From the IMG/VR virus record IMGVR_UViG_3300001487_000052, positions 37,503 through 101,502 of that record: 64,000 bases of DNA; one strand, 5' to 3'. Numbering within the stretch: position 1 is the first letter of the stretch; every line of letters begins with the position of its first letter. The stretch comes from a virus. Taxonomy: Duplodnaviria > Heunggongvirae > Uroviricota > Caudoviricetes. Made by a program: the position numbers and the translations under genes. Positions 8,849 to 18,110 of the stretch are shown here, one piece after another. Below the pieces are notes generated by a model. It was not told where the DNA came from, searched no databases, and saw only the letters and a program-made list of their open reading frames with translations.

Positions 8849-11800
8849 ATGGATACAGATATTAGAAAAACAAATAAGATTCCCGGTTGTGAGCAATTAA
8901 CTAGACCTGAAGAAATAGCTGCACTTTCTAAATATCTTGGGGAAATTAAAAGAATCCAAGAAGAACATACGAAACTGGTGGATGAGGGTCTAGAAGTACC
9001 GGGAAGAACAACAGGAAGAATACCCGAAGTATCTGAACTAGGGGATGCTGTTCTTAGCTTAGAGGACACTAGAGAAAAAACCCTAGAGAATACAAGGCTA
9101 GGAATTACAGGAGATAAAAGAACTGTAGAACTAGAGACAGAAAAGGAAAGACTAACAGACACTAAGGAAATAGGACTCTCACAGAAAAAAGAAAGACTAG
9201 AAGACTCACGAGAAACCAGACTAGAAACTAAGTCTGAGGTTCTAAAGGATCAGAGACAGATAACGCTCGGAGATAAGAAGGAAGAACTTAGAGATAATAG
9301 AAATAATAACCTCTCTGAAAAAACCGAGCGTATTAGTATCGATCCTAAAATAGACAGACTAGAAACTAAGTCTGAAGTTCTAGAGGATCAAAGAAAACAG
9401 TTAGGATTAGAGACAAAAGTAGTGGAGGGAGAAAAAAATGAACAACCTACACTCTCTAAGTACACTGATTCCTTAGATGTACAACAGGAAAATACTCTTG
9501 GGAATTATAAAGAAAATCTACAAGACACTAAAGAAGAGCCATCCTTAACAGACTATGTGATAGGACTGGTAAATGAGGATAGAGTTTCCGGATTGTCTGA
9601 TTCTGTTACACCTCTAAATAATTCGAGGGAAGTAGAAAGCCTAGGGGATCATAAAGAGACTATAGATCCTGAGGAGATAGAAAACCTAGGAAACCACAAA
9701 GAAACTATAGAGCCTAGAGTAGTAGAAAATCTTAGGGGACAAATAAAAGACTTGGATGCTTCTCCTGATCCAAAAAGCCTAGAGGATTATAAAGAGACTA
9801 TAGAACCCAGCAAAGACCTAGAAAACTTTGGAACAACTAAGGACAACACAACCATAAATCCTGAAGATGTAAACCTAGAAACAAATAAATCTGATTGGTT
9901 AAGGGGTGTAATTCAAGCAGCCAATGCAAAAAGGGATGAAGATGGATTATATAATACAGCAATACATCTTTTCTCAGAGGAAGGAACGGAGTGGAGTGAG
10001 AGAGTAGCTGCCCTTATGTCTACTTATCTCAGTGGTTCTAGAATAAGTCCGGAAAGAGCAGAAGAATTTGAAGAATTATTAGCAAGTTCATTTGTATATC
10101 CAGGTTCTACTCCACAACAATTAAGACCAGAGAATCAGACAACAAGAGATGGTGGTAATTACGTAGATCCTGATGAAATTAAAAATAATCCATTCGTTCT
10201 TCGTCCAAACTTATATAGACGTGAAGATAATAACAATGGAGATGGACCAACTAGAGACAATAAAACCTGGGATTATGACGAGAACGGAAATTATGTTTTA
10301 ACAACAGGAGAAAATGAAGATGATGCAAGAAATAATCCCCCTTCATTTGGACTGTATCGAGATAATGGCCTAATACGAACTCCCCAGTATGATCTTAATA
10401 TTGGTCCTGCAGATGCCTCTGCTACAGAAAAGTGGAAAAACATTGGTATAAAAGCTCTAAACAAAGGAGGGGTTAGTAGTTACCTTAGATATGCGGCAGA
10501 ACAAGTTGTAGGAATTGGAGATTGGACTAGAGGATCTTTGAGAACACAACTAATAAACGAGGCCCTAGCACTTCTCGTAAGGAGTAGAGACCAGTTAGAG
10601 AAGGTAGCAAAAATTAACAAAGATAGACTCCCCGGTGACGATAATGCGTTAGTATCTGGTCTTGCGAAAGCAGCTAGTGGTGGTCTCGGAAGTGCTCTTG
10701 GTCAATATGGTTATACCGGCTATGATCCTAAGGCTGGTGTACAGAGTTTAATAAAGACTGGAGTTAATATAGGTAAAAACATAGCTGGTGATGTTATTGA
10801 TTATTTCTCTGAGAAAAAAAGTATTCCTGACTATGGATCACCTGTGCCATCAGAACCATTCAATAGACCAAAAGTAGTTGGAAAAGAGGGAAATAAAATA
10901 CTAACTGAAACTACTAAATATGGCTATGGAACAAATACTAGGGAGTTTAGAAGTAATGAGCTTGGTTCAGGATTTTTAATCACACTTAAGGATCTATGTG
11001 GAAAAGATCAGGGTGCTATCAAGACCGGATCATTAGAAGAGCTACAAAAGATATTAACGGAAAGTGAATTAATTACAACCGCAAGTAAGATTAATAAAAG
11101 AATTCAACGAACTCTGGACTCAAATATGTACTGGGAAGTTGTATTAAAACCTTGGGCATACAATTTGGGAGATAAATACTCTAATGGTGGTTATTCATTT
11201 TTACCAAGTATAAAAGAAATTAACACCATAAACCGAGTTGAGCATGGAGTTGATACAACTTATAATAAATGGATTCCTATCTCAAATTTCGAATTACAAA
11301 AATCTAAATTAACAACTAAGTCTCTAGGATTATTTGATGGAGAGATAAACTATCCGGTGACTTCAGAGTATACGAACGAATTTAGGATGACTGTAGTAGA
11401 TGATCAGTGGAAATCATGGAAACATTACTTTCAGAAGTGTTCAGATGTTTCAGTTTATAACTCAGAACCCCATCCAATTGATTATTACAAGGAGACAAAT
11501 CCAATTCCAACCGCAATCGATAAGAGTACTCTTTGTGCTGCTTTCTATAAAAATATAGCATTTAGTATTGAGATCTATATAATGACTCCTCAAATGTCTA
11601 CCATAAGAAAATTCCACATCTTAGCAATATTAAGAGATTTTTCAGAGGAATATACAGGGGAGTCAGACTCTGGCGGTTCAGACTTAAATGTTAGCTTTTC
11701 TATTGTTGGGGAGGTAGATGATAATGATATATACCTAGATGATACATTTATGGATAGGTATAGTGCTAAAAAGGAAATAGACACAATGTTAAATACCCAA

Positions 11801-11881
11801 TCAGCTCTAAACACTAAAATCAACTATACTCCCTTCAATAATACTCAATCGCCCTTAGTTGGTTTCAAATTAACACCATAA
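8849..11881 (+). CDS. large repeat-rich virion protein (1010 aa) with a DRLPG/glycine-zipper module
   Basis: Internal tandem peptide repeats (RLETKSEVL(K/E)DQR x2; LG(D/N)HKETI(D/E)P x3). Later DRLPG and GGLGSALG. Confidence 0.6.
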   Translation: MDTDIRKTNKIPGCEQLTRPEEIAALSKYLGEIKRIQEEHTKLVDEGLEVPGRTTGRIPEVSELGDAVLSLEDTREKTLENTRLGITGDKRTVELETEKERLTDTKEIGLSQKKERLEDSRETRLETKSEVLKDQRQITLGDKKEELRDNRNNNLSEKTERISIDPKIDRLETKSEVLEDQRKQLGLETKVVEGEKNEQPTLSKYTDSLDVQQENTLGNYKENLQDTKEEPSLTDYVIGLVNEDRVSGLSDSVTPLNNSREVESLGDHKETIDPEEIENLGNHKETIEPRVVENLRGQIKDLDASPDPKSLEDYKETIEPSKDLENFGTTKDNTTINPEDVNLETNKSDWLRGVIQAANAKRDEDGLYNTAIHLFSEEGTEWSERVAALMSTYLSGSRISPERAEEFEELLASSFVYPGSTPQQLRPENQTTRDGGNYVDPDEIKNNPFVLRPNLYRREDNNNGDGPTRDNKTWDYDENGNYVLTTGENEDDARNNPPSFGLYRDNGLIRTPQYDLNIGPADASATEKWKNIGIKALNKGGVSSYLRYAAEQVVGIGDWTRGSLRTQLINEALALLVRSRDQLEKVAKINKDRLPGDDNALVSGLAKAASGGLGSALGQYGYTGYDPKAGVQSLIKTGVNIGKNIAGDVIDYFSEKKSIPDYGSPVPSEPFNRPKVVGKEGNKILTETTKYGYGTNTREFRSNELGSGFLITLKDLCGKDQGAIKTGSLEELQKILTESELITTASKINKRIQRTLDSNMYWEVVLKPWAYNLGDKYSNGGYSFLPSIKEINTINRVEHGVDTTYNKWIPISNFELQKSKLTTKSLGLFDGEINYPVTSEYTNEFRMTVVDDQWKSWKHYFQKCSDVSVYNSEPHPIDYYKETNPIPTAIDKSTLCAAFYKNIAFSIEIYIMTPQMSTIRKFHILAILRDFSEEYTGESDSGGSDLNVSFSIVGEVDDNDIYLDDTFMDRYSAKKEIDTMLNTQSALNTKINYTPFNNTQSPLVGFKLTP

Positions 11882-11887
11882 TAAACC

Positions 11888-14224
11888 ATGTACATAAAAT
11901 TAAACACAATACGCCTTCAGTATACAAAAGAGGTAAATGACATTTTTATATTAGCAGAAGTTCCAGACTCTACTATGTCTTATGAAAAACCTGTGATTGT
12001 TCGTACTGTAGACGAATTAGAATCATGGTTTGGAAAATGGTTTACCTCTTATGATTATTTTGTGGAACTCTTAGAACGGAATATATCTCTCTATCTCTAC
12101 AAACCAATTTCTCCAGATAAGATTAAGGATGAACAGTATATAGATCTTTCAACTTATACTATGGCGTCTGAAATCTATCCCACAAAAGAATCCCTCCCTC
12201 TCATCGGTGATCCCAGTACTAAATATTGGGTTGGAGGATTATATGTGGATTGGGACAACTTAAAGGAGTACGAAGAAGGTGAAGTTAAGAATCTCCCACA
12301 GAATCCCAACCCAGGAACTAAGTACTTAATGAACGATGTCTGGTATACTTATGTAAATAAACAGTGGATTAGTTCAAGGGATAGTATAGGATGTTTTTAT
12401 ATCTGGTTATGGGATTCTTGGGTATCAGAAAAAGACCTTCCACAAAACACAGAAGTCACATCAATTTCACAAGAGAATAGAGATACCCTACTTCTTGCTA
12501 GGCCTGGATATAATTATTCTATAACTCATTGTCACCCAGAGTATCATGAATCTAGATTAGGGGTATTTTCCGGAGATTATGACGGACCTGCTATAAATAT
12601 AACGGCTCCAATAGATTTAGGAGATAGCATAGAGAGTACGTATGTTTATAAGCTAAGGTTTCAAGGTTCTCTCCCAGACTATTTCTATCTTGTACTTCCT
12701 GATCCTATACACCAAGATCTTTATTATCTTGTTTATAACGGTGATGATGATAGTATAGAGAGTAAGGTTCCTATTTCCTTTATTCCTAACACGGATTCAA
12801 GAAAGAAGATTAATACAAACTGGGAAGATGTTAAAACCTACATAACTTCATTCTATCCCCCCACTAACATAATAAATAACGGGGATGAATTAATTCTCTA
12901 TTCTACTCGTGCAATTCCTGTAGATGATTACTATGACTTTCCTGGATTAACTGTTTCTACTAGTTTTAGAGATTCTCAAAACCTACTTACAACAAACCTG
13001 GGGGAACAATTTTGGAATGTAGAGGTATGGAGTAAGACTATAGGAAGAGCAGATCCGGATTATGAAGATGACCTTATAACACTACAGATAGAAGAACTTA
13101 AGTCAGGGGAAGAATATAGATTTACGGTTTCAAGACTTTCCTATTCTGAGATCTTTGAGGGAAAACTACACCCAGGAACAGGAGAAGAAAGACTAGACTA
13201 TATTATTTCTAGAGACTCCAAACTAGTTCACGTCCGATTTGATAATATAACAGATGGACTTAGAACTGGAACTTGGAAACTTAGAGGAGCTACAGCCGAG
13301 TCCTATAATCCAGAGATGTATTGGAGAGGATTAGAAGCTATGTTTACTACTGATTCTATACACCCTGATTATATCCTCGTCCCTAAAAAAGAAAACTGGA
13401 CCTCTGATATCTCCAACCCTGATTACTTAGAGAAATTTTTATCCGTATGTACCTCCTATTCATGTCAGGCTTTAATACAGAACGACCTTCCTAAGTATAT
13501 AATTAGAGAGGTTAGTGTATTGCCAGACCCAAGTGAAGAACTAGAAGATTATATTCTTTGGACAACCGGAGATGGACATTATTGGAGAAAAGGAGAGGCA
13601 GGATTAATAGAAGAGACTGACCGAGTAACTATAGAAACCTCACAAAACCTGGGGGATTTTATATATAACTTACAAGGAGATCAAGATAATAGACTAGTAT
13701 ATTTCTATCAAGGGATGACAGTTTATGGAAGACAGAGACCTGGGTACTATCTCTATCTTCTAGGACTCTTTAATGATATATATTCTGCTTCCTCTTCTGT
13801 GATAAATTATAATAACTTTGTTGATAACCCTTATGTGGACGAAGAATTTGAAGAAACCCTGAAGAGATATAAAAGTAATTATCTGGTAGGGAATAATCAA
13901 ATCTTCTACTATAAAGACTATCAAAACGGCAATCCTTATACGAGTACTGGATGGATGAGGTTTGCTATTGGAAAAATAACTAGAGAACTACAGAGAAACC
14001 GCTCAGCCTACCTTGGAAAACGGAATAGTGTAGAGATAGAACGAGGAATAAGGGAAGTTCTCAATAATATAGTTCGTAGGTTCTCGATAATAGACCAAAT
14101 AGAGATACTTAATTTCCAGGTGTCTAATAGCGAGAATAGAATAAACCTACACTTAGAAACAAAAGTGAAGGACCTAGTTGATAATAACATAGGTCTTGAT
14201 ATAACAATTAACTATAACGAATAA
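11888..14224 (+). CDS. large structural protein (778 aa), function unknown
   Basis: Long ORF in the structural block. No motif recognised. Confidence 0.55.
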   Translation: MYIKLNTIRLQYTKEVNDIFILAEVPDSTMSYEKPVIVRTVDELESWFGKWFTSYDYFVELLERNISLYLYKPISPDKIKDEQYIDLSTYTMASEIYPTKESLPLIGDPSTKYWVGGLYVDWDNLKEYEEGEVKNLPQNPNPGTKYLMNDVWYTYVNKQWISSRDSIGCFYIWLWDSWVSEKDLPQNTEVTSISQENRDTLLLARPGYNYSITHCHPEYHESRLGVFSGDYDGPAINITAPIDLGDSIESTYVYKLRFQGSLPDYFYLVLPDPIHQDLYYLVYNGDDDSIESKVPISFIPNTDSRKKINTNWEDVKTYITSFYPPTNIINNGDELILYSTRAIPVDDYYDFPGLTVSTSFRDSQNLLTTNLGEQFWNVEVWSKTIGRADPDYEDDLITLQIEELKSGEEYRFTVSRLSYSEIFEGKLHPGTGEERLDYIISRDSKLVHVRFDNITDGLRTGTWKLRGATAESYNPEMYWRGLEAMFTTDSIHPDYILVPKKENWTSDISNPDYLEKFLSVCTSYSCQALIQNDLPKYIIREVSVLPDPSEELEDYILWTTGDGHYWRKGEAGLIEETDRVTIETSQNLGDFIYNLQGDQDNRLVYFYQGMTVYGRQRPGYYLYLLGLFNDIYSASSSVINYNNFVDNPYVDEEFEETLKRYKSNYLVGNNQIFYYKDYQNGNPYTSTGWMRFAIGKITRELQRNRSAYLGKRNSVEIERGIREVLNNIVRRFSIIDQIEILNFQVSNSENRINLHLETKVKDLVDNNIGLDITINYNE

Positions 14225-14227
14225 TTT

Positions 14228-14728
14228 ATGGCAACAGTAGCTGAATTAGTCCGTGGTGGTGACGGATACATGAAATTTATTGACTACACAAGCACGTATA
14301 AGGATGACAATAAAGAATTCCTGCGTGGTGATATGTGGCAATTCGATTTCCTTAACTGGCCTAGAATCGTATATAGTCCTGGTAATTCTATTTTCCATGC
14401 TCGTCTAAATAGTGTCCAGGTAGGTATCGATGGTGCTGTTAATGGTTTCGAGAAGAGAATGAGAGGAAACTTTGTAATTAGACAACAAACCGGTCAAAAT
14501 ACATCGGGTCAGCTCACTCTTAGTTTTATAGACAAGGAAGATCAGGCTATTTCGTACTTTGTTGATGATTGGAAACAGAAAATTGCCGACAGAGATACAA
14601 AATATAGCTTTAGAAAGGATGATGTTGTTGCAGATTGTCAGCTCGTTCTTACCAATTCCAGCCGTCTCGCAGTTAGAACTTTGAAATTCTATAACTGTGT
14701 GATTATGGATGCTCCGCTCGATAAATAA
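14228..14728 (+). CDS. hypothetical 166-aa protein (size compatible with a tail tube/Hcp-like protein; unverified)
   Basis: Size and position directly after a large structural gene. No motif evidence. Confidence 0.3.
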   Translation: MATVAELVRGGDGYMKFIDYTSTYKDDNKEFLRGDMWQFDFLNWPRIVYSPGNSIFHARLNSVQVGIDGAVNGFEKRMRGNFVIRQQTGQNTSGQLTLSFIDKEDQAISYFVDDWKQKIADRDTKYSFRKDDVVADCQLVLTNSSRLAVRTLKFYNCVIMDAPLDK

Positions 14729-15024
14729 TTTGTCCTTAATAGAAAATATACTATTAAGAAGTCTGAGAATTGCTGGAAAGGTTTAATACTTAATCAGCAG
14801 CCTAAGAAAGGTTTAACGACTATGTACAGAAGCAAATGATATAGTCTAAGTAATAGGGGAACTTATTAGAAAGAAAACTGGAAAACGGAGTAGATGCAGA
14901 TGGAACCGATAGAGCAGACGTACAACTTAGTCTTGCATTTGAACACTACGAGAGAAACTTTGATAATCTCTAAAAAATCCTACCAGAGGGTTTGTGGTGT
15001 TCCTTCTGGTTCTATATATAATTC

Positions 15025-15068
15025 CCTGGGGTTAGTAGGAAAGAGTCATCCGGAATATTAGCCCCAGG
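15025..15068 (+). promoter_or_regulatory. 5'-leader hairpin (CCTGGGG/CCCCAGG stem, 30-nt loop) 22 nt upstream of the 15091 start
   Basis: Inverted repeat read directly in the sequence. Sits in an unusually long 360-bp noncoding gap. Confidence 0.4.
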
Positions 15069-15090
15069 TTTAAAAGAGAAAGGTAAAGAA

Positions 15091-15522
15091 ATGATTATAT
15101 ACAGACAAAAAGAATTTGCCTCGACTAAAGAAAGCAGAGAGAAAGTTAAAGAAGCCAATAAGAAAGACAAGACTAGAAAGAACTTGGAAAGAGCTCAACT
15201 AGGAACTGCTGTTGGTGGTGCTGCGACTATAATTGAAGGAAACAGGTTGAAGAAAGCAGCGGAGAAAATTGAGAAGACTATTAAAGGGAAACCTGTGGAT
15301 ATAAAGAAGGTAGAGAAAATGCAAAAACTCGGAAAAACTGCTAAGACTCTACACAAAACCGCACCTTATCTGATTGCTGCTTCTGCTGGTCTCGAGGCTG
15401 TGAAAATTGCTCGTGATATAAAGAAATCAAAGAAAAAGAAGGAGATTGTATTAGATTCTAAGGCCCCTAAGAAAATGAAGGGAAAGGAATCTAAAAGTGA
15501 TCTCCTGAAACTAGACAAATAA
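15091..15522 (+). CDS. MIIxRQKxF-family basic protein
   Basis: N-terminus MIIYRQKEFAS. Gly-zipper LGTAVGGAATIIEG. Lys-rich. Confidence 0.55.
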   Translation: MIIYRQKEFASTKESREKVKEANKKDKTRKNLERAQLGTAVGGAATIIEGNRLKKAAEKIEKTIKGKPVDIKKVEKMQKLGKTAKTLHKTAPYLIAASAGLEAVKIARDIKKSKKKKEIVLDSKAPKKMKGKESKSDLLKLDK

Positions 15523-15578
15523 ATCCTAGGCCTCTGATTCTAACATAAAGTTAAAAACCTACTACCTCTTTTATAATA

Positions 15579-15621
15579 GCATACAGGGGGAGGGGTGATA
15601 AGTTAAATTTTCCCTGTATGC
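15579..15621 (+). promoter_or_regulatory. perfect 10-bp-stem leader hairpin (GCATACAGGG/CCCTGTATGC) immediately upstream of the 15636 start
   Basis: Inverted repeat read directly. It overlaps the track-proposed ATG at 15618, which argues for the downstream start. Confidence 0.45.
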
Positions 15622-15635
15622 GTATTACAGAAAAA

Positions 15636-16571
15636 ATGATTATATTGAGGATGTTTTCTAAGAAGGGGGATAAAGAAACTGATAAAGAGAAAGTAGTCAA
15701 AGGTAGGGATATTGCGGCAGGTATTGGAATAGGTACTGCAGCTGGAATAGCAGGAGTAGCCGCTAACTCTGCATTTGGGAAAAAACTAAGGAATGCAAAA
15801 TCTATAGACCCCGAAGAAGAGAAAAAACTACGTGAAGAATTAATAAAAAAAGCGAAGAAACAAGGAACCAGGACTATAAATACTAATGCTGAAAATTCAA
15901 TGGCAGTAGGAACCTCAGAAGGGAAAGTAATAAGAAAAGCCTTAGCTAAATTAGCTAAAAAGGATAGAAAAAAGTATGAAGCCATAAAAGAAGCTACGAA
16001 ATATCCTGGAATGGATGGTGTCCTCGAACATATAGGAAAAGATCAAATAATTCTTGGAAAAGGAAGACTCTCTGAAGCGGATGTTCTCTCACATGAGTTG
16101 GGGCATACTCAATTTCTAGAAAAGGGAAGATCAAAGGATGTCATAGCAAAGACAGCTCATAGGCTTAACGCAGTTAGTAAGATGGGGACTATGGGATTAA
16201 AAAGATCTGCTGTATATGGAGCTCATGGATATGCAAATGGTTTAAAGGCCGCTAAAATGGAAAGTGAGGGCAAAAAGGAAAGCTTTGGTCATAGAATTAA
16301 GGCAGCTGGTTTGCCTGCTCTAGTTGCTGCTCCAATATTAATAGCTGAAGGTGCTGCTACTGGTAAAGGATTGAAACTCTTGAAACAGGCTGGAGTAAGT
16401 AAGAGGGCTATGAAAACTGCAAGAAAAACATTAGGAAACGCTTATGGTACCTATGCCTCAATTGCTGCAGGAAATGTTGCAGCTGGAGAAGGAGGAAGAC
16501 TAGTTGGTAAAGCAGTAGGAAAGAAACGTTACAAAAAAGAAAAAGAGAAGGAAAAAGAGAATAAGAAATAA
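15636..16571 (+). CDS. MII-family protein with an HExxH zinc-metallopeptidase-like motif and a C-terminal glycine-zipper/basic tail
   Basis: Start moved from 15618 to the in-frame ATG at 15636, giving MIILRMFSKKGDK. HELGH motif (DVLSHELGHTQF). Gly-zippers AAGIGIGTAAGIAGVAANSAFG and AEGAATGKG. Confidence 0.5.
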   Translation: MIILRMFSKKGDKETDKEKVVKGRDIAAGIGIGTAAGIAGVAANSAFGKKLRNAKSIDPEEEKKLREELIKKAKKQGTRTINTNAENSMAVGTSEGKVIRKALAKLAKKDRKKYEAIKEATKYPGMDGVLEHIGKDQIILGKGRLSEADVLSHELGHTQFLEKGRSKDVIAKTAHRLNAVSKMGTMGLKRSAVYGAHGYANGLKAAKMESEGKKESFGHRIKAAGLPALVAAPILIAEGAATGKGLKLLKQAGVSKRAMKTARKTLGNAYGTYASIAAGNVAAGEGGRLVGKAVGKKRYKKEKEKEKENKK

Positions 16572-16749
16572 TTTTCATTATTTCCATCCTCTACTAAATC
16601 CTACTGTTTCAAGAAGGATCGTGACAGGTGAAAAGTTTAATACACCATATCACTATTTTCTTGATTTTCTTCATCTTTTCAATGTTTTATTATTCTTCAT
16701 AAATAAGGCATTCGAATACCTTTGAGGCGGAATTTCTAAAATACTAAAA

Positions 16750-16797
16750 TTCCCAAGACGACCATAAGAGTCTACCCTTTAATGTGGATCTTGGGAA
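16750..16797 (+). promoter_or_regulatory. conserved structured intergenic element, copy 1 (TTCCCAAGA...CCCTTTAATGTGGA...TCTTGGGAA)
   Basis: 9-bp stem, inner mini-hairpin GACcataagaGTC, conserved loop core CCCTTTAATGTGGA. One of 3 copies with compensatory stem changes. Confidence 0.55.
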
Positions 16798-16799
16798 CT

Positions 16800-17015
16800 A
16801 TGAGAACAAGATATAGAATTACAAAAGAAACCCTCAAAACTTTAGTCCAAGGTACGGGAGGGGAGATTTATAGACTTGAAAGAAAGATCTATAAAAGAAG
16901 AAAAACTAGAACAGGTAGATATTACATGGAAGGATATGAAATAACCTCAATACATATGACCAAAGAGTATGCTGAGAAGATAGGTTTTATTAGGTATACG
17001 TCTTCTTCTGATTAA
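16800..17015 (+). CDS. small basic hypothetical protein (start probably 16800 rather than 16782)
   Basis: The ATG at 16782 lies inside the conserved hairpin element (AATGTGGATC). The in-frame ATG at 16800 gives MRTRYRITKE. Confidence 0.35.
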   Translation: MRTRYRITKETLKTLVQGTGGEIYRLERKIYKRRKTRTGRYYMEGYEITSIHMTKEYAEKIGFIRYTSSSD

Positions 17016-17030
17016 TTTAAAAACCACATT

Positions 17031-17780
17031 ATGACAATCTTAACATCACAATTACCAAGTGGGGGTTTTGGTTATACTTTCCCCACCATTAATGTAAGCC
17101 CAATGACGTTTTTAGAGCTTACACAATATCTAGAGAATGTACCAAAAGATCCTCTAGAAAAATATTTATTCGACATTAAGGTATTAGCAAAAGAAGACCC
17201 AAACATTATGAATTGTTACGTAATGGATGTGGACTTCTTAATTTTTTACCGTAAGCTATGTACAGTCTCTGGGGATCTTAGTTATGATCTCTCTGTTACC
17301 TGTCCGAACTGTGGTAGAACCCTAAAAAAGAAAATTACCCTAGACAAAGACATTCATTTTAAACAGATCGATGACAAGGTAATGACGGGAGCTATGATTG
17401 AATTAGGGGGACATAAATACGAGACTGGTGTTCCTACTGTAAATGATTTTCTTAAAGTATTCGAAAAGTACTTGAGGTATAGGAAGGTTACAGATATTAA
17501 GATGATAAAAACCATAGCCCTCATTAAAGATTTCGAATTTAACGGAAATCAAATAGAACAAGATGTATTAGGGGCAACACACGAAGATATAACCCTTCTA
17601 ATGGCTCTTCGTGATCTATATTATGACAGAGTAGAACCGATTAATATAGTATGCCCTGATTGTAAAGAGAAGGAGGAAGGAGGATTAGTGGCAGTGAGTG
17701 TAGAGAATCTCATTGTCGACTTTTTTCGAGACCTCTATAGGAATAGCCCAATTGATGGATCTAAAATTCTATTTAAATAA
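17031..17780 (+). CDS. zinc-ribbon protein (249 aa)
   Basis: CPNCGRT and CPDCKEK Cys pairs. Co-directional ORF. Confidence 0.5.
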   Translation: MTILTSQLPSGGFGYTFPTINVSPMTFLELTQYLENVPKDPLEKYLFDIKVLAKEDPNIMNCYVMDVDFLIFYRKLCTVSGDLSYDLSVTCPNCGRTLKKKITLDKDIHFKQIDDKVMTGAMIELGGHKYETGVPTVNDFLKVFEKYLRYRKVTDIKMIKTIALIKDFEFNGNQIEQDVLGATHEDITLLMALRDLYYDRVEPINIVCPDCKEKEEGGLVAVSVENLIVDFFRDLYRNSPIDGSKILFK

Positions 17781-18027
17781 GTTCCTGAAGGCTGATAACA
17801 TAGAACATTATACTCTAGCATCCCTTTATAAACTGAAAAAAGTATATGATGACTTCTTAGATAAATCCGAGGGTATAGATCCAGATTTTCCAGGCATGAC
17901 ACTAGGGGATTATGGAAAAGGAGAAAAAATCAAAGGTACTAATTATTATAGTATTTTTGGGGGAGAAGAAAATATACCAGAAGGACATAAAGGAATATTA
18001 GAAGATAGAATACAAGTAAAGAAATAA
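17755..18027 (+). CDS. small hypothetical protein overlapping the end of the upstream gene in the +1 frame
   Basis: ORF 17713-18027 in the track. First ATG-type Met at MDLKFYL. The 68-nt overlap contains a T6 run. Confidence 0.3.
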   Translation: MDLKFYLNKFLKADNIEHYTLASLYKLKKVYDDFLDKSEGIDPDFPGMTLGDYGKGEKIKGTNYYSIFGGEENIPEGHKGILEDRIQVKK

Positions 18028-18036
18028 ATATAGTTT

Positions 18037-18082
18037 TCTCGGGATGGTCTTAGAGCCTGCCCTTTGATGTGGATCCCGAGGA
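18037..18082 (+). promoter_or_regulatory. conserved structured intergenic element, copy 2 (TCTCGGGAT...CCCTTTGATGTGGA...ATCCCGAG)
   Basis: Same loop core as copies 1 and 3. Stem arms are swapped yet still complementary. Ends 29 nt before the 18111 start. Confidence 0.55.
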
Positions 18083-18110
18083 CTAAAGAAAACAGTTAAA
18101 TTACAGAACA

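Noticed and set aside
15618-15635. Upstream start codons of the track for the 15618 ORF (MRITEK...), and likewise for 16782 and 34581
   Set aside because: The 15618 and 16782 ATGs fall inside conserved leader hairpins, and 34581 is a TTG. In each case an in-frame downstream ATG gives a better-supported start: 15636 restores the family N-terminal motif, and 16800 and 34605 lie outside the hairpins.
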